DNA of 32,000 bases, taken from Sinorhizobium meliloti (lineage in GTDB: Bacteria; Pseudomonadota; Alphaproteobacteria; Rhizobiales; Rhizobiaceae). How positions within the stretch are numbered: position 1 is the stretch's first letter; each line of letters opens with the position of its first letter. Under the pieces are notes generated by a model that was given only the letters and a program-made list of their open reading frames with translations, was not told the DNA's origin and searched no databases. Below, one piece after another: positions 25,961-32,000 of this stretch. The stretch spans positions 2,610,001 to 2,642,000 of the forward strand of contig NZ_JAGIOS010000001.1 in NCBI RefSeq assembly GCF_017876815.1. The letters run 5' to 3'. The position numbers and the translations under genes were made by a program.

Positions 25961-27300
25961 GGTAGTGTGCTGAAGGTTCTGCAAATTCACTGAGAGAGGC
26001 GGTCATGGCAGGCTGGTGATGTTGACGTCACCTGATTCCCTGGAAGGAACGCCACCATGACCAAGACTGAAGGTAAGACAGCCAGCGCCGCCGTCAAAGA
26101 CATTTTGCTTTCGAACCCCGATGGGCTGCGCGAGGTGATCCGCACGGTGATGCAGGAGGTGCTGGAAGCGGAGATGGACGAGGCGCTGGGAGCTGCGAAA
26201 GGCGAGCGCACGCCGGAGCGGCTCGGCTACCGTTCGGGCCACTATGGCCGCACGCTGATCACGCGGGTGGGCAAGCTCGAGCTGCGGGTGCCGCAGGATC
26301 GCTCGGGGCACTTCTCCACCGAATTGTTCGAACGCTATCAGCGCTCCGAGCGGGCGCTGGTGGCAACCTTGGCGGAGATGTATGTGCAAGGGGTGTCGAC
26401 GCGGAAGGTCAAGGCGATCACCGAGGAGCTGTGCGGCCATGCCTTCTCGGCGTCATCGATCTCGGCGATCAACAAGCGGCTGGACGAGAGCCTGAAGGCC
26501 TTTGCCGAGCGCTCGCTTCAAGAGCCGTTTGCCTACCTGATTCTCGATGCCCGTTATGAGAAGGTGCGCGAGGCCGGTGTGGTGATGAGCCAGGCGGTGT
26601 TGATCGCTGTCGGCATCGACTGGGACGGACGGCGGCAGATCCTGTCGGTCGAGATGGCCGGCCGTGAAAGCCGTTGCGCCTGGAAGGACTTCCTCGTCAG
26701 GCTGAAAGGGCGCGGTTTGAAGGGCGTCGAACTGGTGGTCTCCGACGACCATGCCGGTCTCGTCGCGGCAATTGGCGAGGTGATCCCGGAAGCTGCCTGG
26801 CAGCGCTGTTACGTGCATTTCCTCAGGAACGCCCTCGATCACCTGCCGCGCAAACATGGCGACGATTGCCTGCAGGAGCTTCGATGGCTCTATGATCGCC
26901 GCGACCTTGATGAGGCGAAGGCCGATCTCGCCGCGTGGCTGGGAAAATGGTCGGTCCGCTATCCGCGCCTGACCTCCTGGGTTGAGGAAACCATCGAGCA
27001 GACGCTGACCTTCTTTCGTCTGCCGCGCCAGCATCACAAGCACCTCAAGAGCACCAACATGCTGGAACGCCTCAACGAGGAAATCCGCCGCAGAACCTAC
27101 GTCGTGCGCATCTTTCCCAACACCGAGAGCTGCCTACGCCTCGTCCGCGCGCTCGCCGTCGAAACCCACGAAAACTGGATGGAGGCCAATCGCTACATCA
27201 ACATGGACGACCTGCGAGAGCACAAGAAACTCGCACTCCGTCAAGCCGCATGACCAGCACGCATGACCGCCCAATTTTGCAGAACTTGACGCACACAACC
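25961..27300 (+). mobile_element. IS256-family insertion sequence, 1340 bp (ISRm5-like), intact
   Basis: Terminal IRs: GGTAGTGTGCTGAAGGTTCTGCAAATT (25961-25987) against the reverse complement of 27273-27300, GGTTGTGTGCGTCAAGTTCTGCAAAATT (27/28 nt, 5 mismatches). Perfect 8-bp direct repeat CATTTTTG at 25953-25960 and 27301-27308. Single 398-aa transposase ORF. Length and IR pattern match my recollection of ISRm5. Confidence 0.9.
26057..27253 (+). CDS. IS256-family (mutator-type) transposase
   Basis: 398 aa. Typical IS256 family sequence: ERLGYRSGHYGRTLITRVGKLELRVPQDRSG ... YLILDARYEKVRE ... VVSDDHAGLVAAI ... WQRCYVHFLRNAL ... STNMLERLNEEIRRR. Confidence 0.95.
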   Translation: MTKTEGKTASAAVKDILLSNPDGLREVIRTVMQEVLEAEMDEALGAAKGERTPERLGYRSGHYGRTLITRVGKLELRVPQDRSGHFSTELFERYQRSERALVATLAEMYVQGVSTRKVKAITEELCGHAFSASSISAINKRLDESLKAFAERSLQEPFAYLILDARYEKVREAGVVMSQAVLIAVGIDWDGRRQILSVEMAGRESRCAWKDFLVRLKGRGLKGVELVVSDDHAGLVAAIGEVIPEAAWQRCYVHFLRNALDHLPRKHGDDCLQELRWLYDRRDLDEAKADLAAWLGKWSVRYPRLTSWVEETIEQTLTFFRLPRQHHKHLKSTNMLERLNEEIRRRTYVVRIFPNTESCLRLVRALAVETHENWMEANRYINMDDLREHKKLALRQAA

Positions 27301-27310
27301 CATTTTTGAC

Positions 27311-27395
27311 GGGGAGAAGGGACAAGCCGCGAGGCCGCGAGTCCCCTTCGCCCCGCTTGCGGGGAGAAGGTGGCCGGCAGGCCGGATGAGGGGGA
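27311..27395. repeat. RIME/Sm-repeat-like element (copy c), right part of a composite split by the insertions to its left
   Basis: Half hairpin GGGGAGAAGGGACAAGC (identical to 25727-25743), then CCTTCGCCCCGCTTGCGGGGAGAAGG (27345-27370) and tail TGGCCGGCAGGCCGGATGAGGGGG. Confidence 0.8.
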
Positions 27396-27406
27396 GGTCC
27401 CGCCCT

Positions 27407-29617
27407 TTACCACTTCTTGCTGAGCTTCAGCGTGAAGGTCCGGCTTTCGCCATAGCCGCAGGTCTGGAGACCCTGGCAACCCGCAACATATTCCTTGTCG
27501 AACAGGTTGGCGACGTTGAGCGACGCCGTCCAGTCGTTCTTCTCGTAGCGGATAGCGGCGTCCACGAGTGTCGCAGCGGGGACTTTCTTCGTGTTCTCCG
27601 CGTCGGCCCAGGATTCCCCCTGGTAGCGCACGCCGGCGCCGAGGCTCACGCCCTCGAACGTGCCGTTCGCAACCGTGTAGTCGAGCCACAGCGACGCCTG
27701 TGTTTCGGGAATGAGAACCGGTGTATTGCCGATGAGACTGGCGTTGAGATCTTCCGTGACCTCGAGATCGGTATAGGAGAAGGCGCTTATGATCTTCCAG
27801 TTGGTATTGAGATTGATCTTGCCCTCGAGTTCGACGCCCCTCGAACGGACCTCGCCAAGCTGCGAGTTGACGAAGAAGCCGGGAACGGCAATTGAGACGT
27901 TCTGCTTGGTTATCTGGAAGACTGATGCAGTCAACAGCCCGTCGATAAAGGAGGGCTCGTATTTGACGCCCGCCTCGTATTGATAGCCTTCCTCCGGCTC
28001 GAGCGCGACCATCTTTGCCGGATTCGTCGGATCCGATGGATCGCTCGTGCCCGTGCCGACCAGCGGATTGAAGAAAGTCGCAGCGCTTACATAGGGCGTG
28101 AGGCCGTTGTCGAACTCGTAAGCGAGGCCGGCACGGCCACTGAAGGCACCGTCATTCGATTCGTAGCTCGTGCCGATCGCGGCGTCGGATTTGGTGTCCA
28201 CATAGTCGTAGCGGCCGTTGAGCGTAACCAGCCAGCCGTCGCCAAAACGAATCTGGTCCTGTGCGTAGAGGCCGATCTGCTGCTGCGTGACGATCTGATC
28301 GAGATATACGAAATTTGCACCCTGAGGTGTGCCGTAAACCGGATTGGTTGCGCTGATCGGGGTCGCGCCGCAGCATGCCTGAATATGGTCGAGCCGGTAG
28401 TATTTGTAATCGAGGCCGGCGAGGAAGGTGTGGGTCGTGGCGCCGAGATCGAAATCCGTTTCCGTCCGGTTGTCGATCGAGAAGCTGTCGACTTTCGACG
28501 TCGCCTCGAAGCCGATGCGGTTCAGGAGGTAGTCCGGGCCGGTAGGTGCGCCGCCGACATAGCCATAGGTGTACGGGTACTTCTCGTGTTTGTGAAGATT
28601 GGCGTAGCGCGCGTTCTGGGTGAAGGTCCAGCCATTGTCGAAGTCGTGCTTGAACTCGTAGCCGAGCATCTGCTGCGTATAGCTGCCCTCGTCGATATCA
28701 GGCTCGCTGTAATAGGCATCCCGGTCGATCTTGCCGAAGGGCGCGTCTTCGACGGTTCCGACATAGGGCAGGAAGCCGTTGCCGACATGGACCTGATCGA
28801 GGCCCTGGAGCAGGCCGAAGACGGTCAGGCTGGTTGCGTCATCAGGCGCATAGGTTACCTGAGGAAGGATGAAGCCGCGCAGGTCTTCGGAATAGTCCGA
28901 ATAGTTGTCGCCGCCGGCGACCTTGCCGGTGAGGCGGTAGCGAACCGTTCCGTCATCGTTCAGCTTGTCGTTCACGTCGAAGCCGGTGAAGGCATTGCCG
29001 TTGCTGTTGATGCCGACCTCGGTGTAGTAGAGCGGCTCGTCAAGCGGCCGCTTGCTGATCAGGTTGATGATGCCGCCCGGATTGGACCCGCCATAAAGCA
29101 CGGAGGCCGGCCCTTTCAGCACCTCGACCCGCTCCAGCATGAAGGGGTCGACCTGGAAATTGCCGAAGCCGAAGCTGAAGAGCGGCAGTCCGTCGAGGAA
29201 GAGGCCCGTCTGTGCCGCATCGAAGCCGCGGATGTAGAACCAGTCCGTATCCGGGTCGGTGCCGAATGGTGCCGACAGGACGCCCGGCGTATAGCGCAAT
29301 GCTTCATCGACCTTGTTGACCACGGCGCGGTCGTCCAGTTCCTCACGCCCGACGACGGAGACCGACTGGGGGATTTCGTTGAGCGGCATGGCGGTCTTCG
29401 ACCCGGTCGCGGTCGCCTTTGCGACGTAGCCGTCCACCGGTCCGGTCGCGCTGGCGCCGGCCGCATTGCCGCCCTCGACGACGATTCGCTCGAGCTGCGT
29501 GGCGTTTCCCTCCTGCGCCAGCGCGATTCCGCTCATCATCAGCGGCGCGAGCGCAACTCCGCTCGCCAAAAGAGTCTTCAGATGCGCCCCGCGGATCCTG
29601 CACTTCATCTCATTCAT
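27407..29617 (-). CDS. TonB-dependent siderophore receptor (ferrichrome/hydroxamate FhuA-type)
   Basis: Track ORF 27407..29668. Start moved to ATG 29617 (alt 29608) in front of signal peptide MKCRIRGAHLKTLLASGVALAPLMMSGIALA-QEG. TonB-box-like LERIVVEG. Plug motifs IPQSVSVV, RYTPGV, VEVLKGPASVLYG. C-terminal beta-barrel ends ...FTLKLSKKW. Confidence 0.9.
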   Translation of the reverse strand: MNEMKCRIRGAHLKTLLASGVALAPLMMSGIALAQEGNATQLERIVVEGGNAAGASATGPVDGYVAKATATGSKTAMPLNEIPQSVSVVGREELDDRAVVNKVDEALRYTPGVLSAPFGTDPDTDWFYIRGFDAAQTGLFLDGLPLFSFGFGNFQVDPFMLERVEVLKGPASVLYGGSNPGGIINLISKRPLDEPLYYTEVGINSNGNAFTGFDVNDKLNDDGTVRYRLTGKVAGGDNYSDYSEDLRGFILPQVTYAPDDATSLTVFGLLQGLDQVHVGNGFLPYVGTVEDAPFGKIDRDAYYSEPDIDEGSYTQQMLGYEFKHDFDNGWTFTQNARYANLHKHEKYPYTYGYVGGAPTGPDYLLNRIGFEATSKVDSFSIDNRTETDFDLGATTHTFLAGLDYKYYRLDHIQACCGATPISATNPVYGTPQGANFVYLDQIVTQQQIGLYAQDQIRFGDGWLVTLNGRYDYVDTKSDAAIGTSYESNDGAFSGRAGLAYEFDNGLTPYVSAATFFNPLVGTGTSDPSDPTNPAKMVALEPEEGYQYEAGVKYEPSFIDGLLTASVFQITKQNVSIAVPGFFVNSQLGEVRSRGVELEGKINLNTNWKIISAFSYTDLEVTEDLNASLIGNTPVLIPETQASLWLDYTVANGTFEGVSLGAGVRYQGESWADAENTKKVPAATLVDAAIRYEKNDWTASLNVANLFDKEYVAGCQGLQTCGYGESRTFTLKLSKKW

Positions 29618-29676
29618 GCCCCGAAATCGGCCGGTCCCGCCGTTGCCCCGCGTGACCGGTACTGTCAACGATAAGA

Positions 29677-29691
29677 TGAGTGTCTAGATCA
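29677..29691. promoter_or_regulatory. candidate RirA iron-responsive operator (IRO, TGA-N9-TCA) with adjacent -35-like TTGACA
   Basis: TGAGTGTCTAGATCA reads TGA-N9-TCA on both strands. On the minus strand TTGACA (29668-29663) follows 8 nt downstream, about 45 nt upstream of the receptor start. The motif has low information content. Confidence 0.3.
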
Positions 29692-29768
29692 ACTATTTTG
29701 GCGGCGCTTGTCCCGATATCGGGAAATTGAACGATTTTGGGCAAAACTGCGCGGTGCCGGCGGACTCG

Positions 29769-30653
29769 TCAGGCGGTGTGACTTTTCTTCCAGAGGGCCG
29801 GAGTCGTGCCGACTGCCTTGCGGAACACACGGGTGAAGTGCGCCTGATCGGCAAAACCCGTCTCGGCGGCAATCGAGGTCAGCGGGGCGTCGCTCCTGAG
29901 CAGCATCTGCTTTGCCCGTTCGACCCGCGCATTCATGTGCCACTGGTGAGGCGCGACACCCGTCGAAGCCTTGAAGGCGTGGCTGAAGTGCGATTGGGAG
30001 AGGCCCGTGAGGCCGGCGAGCTCCTCGAGCCGGACATTACGGGCGAAATTCTCCTCGATGAAATCGACCGCCCGCCGCAATTGCCACGCCGCAAGCTGGC
30101 TGCGCTTGCGGCCGCTTCGCTTGCCGATCTTCATGAGATCGATGAAAAGCGCCACCGTAAGACTGTCGCCGTAAAGATCGTGGAGGGGCTGGGGATTGAG
30201 GCACTCGGCCGCGATCAGCCCGGCAAGCGTGAGGAAGCGTTCGTCCTGGAACATCAGCCGGGGCGTCTCGATTGCCGCGGCGTCCAGGTCTTCCTTCAGG
30301 CGCCTGCCGAGCGCATCGACGTCGAAGTGAAGATCGAGATGCCGGATGTAATGGATGTCCACGACATCGGTCCAGAGCTCCATTCCGGCCGGAATATAGG
30401 AGAGGGCCTGCCGATGATAGTTCTGGACGGCACCCTTGCCGTTCGCGGCGAGCTTCACCCTGCAATTGCCGCCGCCCCTGGCATCGAGCACGATGAACAT
30501 GCGGGGGTCCTCGGCGACATAATAGCCGCCCGCATGCGGAACGCATTCCACGTCCCAGACATCCGCAACCACACCATTCCACTCTCGGCGGTTGAGACCG
30601 CCTATGATCGAAAACCCGCTGATCCTGTTCTGCATGCGCGGCTGGAACGTCAT
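29769..30653 (-). CDS. AraC-family transcriptional regulator
   Basis: 294 aa. C-terminal double HTH: LEELAGLTGLSQSHFSHAFKASTGVAPHQW ... IAAETGFADQAHFTRVFRKAVGTTP. GGAGAAAG RBS. Lies directly upstream of the receptor gene on the same strand. Confidence 0.88.
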   Translation of the reverse strand: MTFQPRMQNRISGFSIIGGLNRREWNGVVADVWDVECVPHAGGYYVAEDPRMFIVLDARGGGNCRVKLAANGKGAVQNYHRQALSYIPAGMELWTDVVDIHYIRHLDLHFDVDALGRRLKEDLDAAAIETPRLMFQDERFLTLAGLIAAECLNPQPLHDLYGDSLTVALFIDLMKIGKRSGRKRSQLAAWQLRRAVDFIEENFARNVRLEELAGLTGLSQSHFSHAFKASTGVAPHQWHMNARVERAKQMLLRSDAPLTSIAAETGFADQAHFTRVFRKAVGTTPALWKKSHTA

Positions 30654-30760
30654 CGTCGCTTTCTCCGGTCCTGCCGGCTACAAGGCAAAACCGCAACAAT
30701 CCTTCTCATTTAAGTCAAGTTTATTAGCGCGCAACGCGCGGGTTTTCAATCGCTTCAATG

Positions 30761-30795
30761 CCAAGGCGCGCGGCCATGCCGGCCGCGCGCCTTGG
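30761..30795. repeat. perfect 15-bp GC-rich inverted repeat (hairpin)
   Basis: CCAAGGCGCGCGGCC-ATGCC-GGCCGCGCGCCTTGG. No mismatch, 5-nt loop, no flanking U-tract on either strand. Confidence 0.7.
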
Positions 30796-30820
30796 AATGC
30801 CGGAGGGCTGCCGCGAGTCT

Positions 30821-30870
30821 CCTTCGCCCCGCCTGCGGGGAGAAGGTGGCCGGCAGGCCGGATGAGCGGC
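30821..30870. repeat. RIME/Sm-repeat-like hairpin (copy d) just downstream of ribH2
   Basis: CCTTCGCCCCGCCTGCGGGGAGAAGG plus tail TGGCCGGCAGGCCGGATGAGCGGCAG. Almost identical to 27345-27395, including the upstream GCCGCGAGTC. Confidence 0.8.
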
Positions 30871-30878
30871 AGCACCGT

Positions 30879-31604
<726 letters not shown>

Positions 31605-31610
31605 CTTGCG

Positions 31611-31638
31611 ACTATAGCGGCTGTTTCGCCGCCGTCAA
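31611..31638 (-). promoter_or_regulatory. sigma70-type promoter candidate for the riboswitch-ribH2 transcript
   Basis: Minus strand: TTGACG (31638-31633), 16 nt spacer, TATAGT (31616-31611). Predicted start is a few nt before the riboswitch P1 helix. Close to the rhizobial CTTGAC-N17-CTATAT consensus. Confidence 0.5.
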
Positions 31639-31721
31639 ATCTGTGCTGCGACGTGAAAGCAAAAAATCACGACAGAATTTTCCAAGGATTTCACGCCCCT
31701 GAACAATTCATTCCGGCCGCT

Positions 31722-32000
31722 CTATTCGCGGATGACGAGCAGGTCCTTTGCCGCGAAACGCAGCGTGACGCTCTCGCCGGCGACCGGTGGGGTCATGCCC
31801 GGATCGTTGAACATATCGAAGGAGATGATGTCTTTGCCGACCCGCAGCTTGGTGCGGATGACGGAGCCGAGAAAGCTCCTCGATACCACTTCGCCCGGAA
31901 GTGCGGTATCGCCCCTGGCGCCCTCGGCGATCGAGCCTGCTTCCGGCCTGAGCGCCAGCGAGATGCTGTCGCCGCCTTTTGCCCCGGCAATCGGCTCTTT
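31722..32000 (-). CDS. C-terminal 92 codons of an ABC transporter ATP-binding protein (TOBE-type regulatory domain); gene starts beyond the window end
   Basis: Own minus-strand translation: KEPIAGAKGGDSISLALRPEAGSIAEGARGDTALPGEVVSRSFLGSVIRTKLRVGKDIISFDMFNDPGMTPPVAGESVTLRFAAKDLLVIRE*. The pattern (LALRPE ... G.V....FLGS ... V.L.F) is typical of PotA/FbpC/MalK C-terminal domains. Confidence 0.55.
   Translation of the reverse strand, partial: KEPIAGAKGGDSISLALRPEAGSIAEGARGDTALPGEVVSRSFLGSVIRTKLRVGKDIISFDMFNDPGMTPPVAGESVTLRFAAKDLLVIRE

Noticed and set aside
25187-26006. ORFs 25187..25846+, 25443..25667+, 25549..25755+ and 25683..26006- in the rpiB-IS gap
   Set aside because: They are read-throughs of inverted repeats. 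The same peptides (LRHAHISC, SPRRRGEG / LPACGEK) appear on both strands because of the palindromes. They have no RBS or domain features.
27980-29674. 564-aa plus-strand ORF opposite the TonB-dependent receptor
   Set aside because: The minus-strand frame has a signal peptide, plug motifs and a C-terminal aromatic residue typical of the family. The plus-strand frame is low-complexity antisense.
3973-30870. CRISPR interpretation of the recurring 26-bp palindromes
   Set aside because: Copies are dispersed over 27 kb in both orientations with irregular spacing. They are internally palindromic with conserved tails. There is no regular repeat-spacer array and no cas genes.

Overview
High-GC alphaproteobacterial DNA. 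The ISRm5-like IS, RIME-type palindromic repeats and gene order point to a Sinorhizobium/Ensifer meliloti-like chromosome. That assignment is from memory and was not searched.

Contents, left to right:
(1) 1-7382: a minus-strand operon with a PotABCD-like ABC importer and an SDR oxidoreductase. It is flanked by a GlxA/CdhR-type AraC regulator, a partial BKACE (DUF849) gene and a LuxR-family regulator.
(2) 7580-25421: a 17-gene polyol locus matching the published erythritol/adonitol/L-arabitol locus. The order is eryD, the five-gene mpt ABC transporter, eryA, a five-gene accessory pentitol block interrupted by eryB, eryC, then eryR-tpiB-rpiB. Most gene junctions overlap or are under 15 bp.
(3) 25422-27406: a repeat-rich intergenic region. 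A RIME-type palindrome appears to have been split by a 413-bp non-coding element with inverted-repeat ends. An intact 1340-bp IS256-family IS with a perfect 8-bp target duplication then inserted beside it.
(4) 27407-31640: a TonB-dependent siderophore receptor with an upstream AraC regulator, followed by ribH2 (type II lumazine synthase) behind a clear FMN riboswitch and promoter.
(5) 31722-32000: the C-terminal end of another ABC ATPase.

I found no CRISPR array, tRNA/rRNA gene, prophage, toxin-antitoxin pair or recognisable defence system. I do not see a convincing wholly new multi-gene system.

The observations most worth follow-up are:
- the nested mobile and repeat architecture downstream of rpiB;
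- the non-canonical ATPase pair of the polyol transporter;
- the partly uncharacterised accessory genes inside the ery operon;
- the LuxR solo beside the polyamine-type transporter/SDR operon.

The many long ORFs antisense to these genes are GC-rich artefacts.
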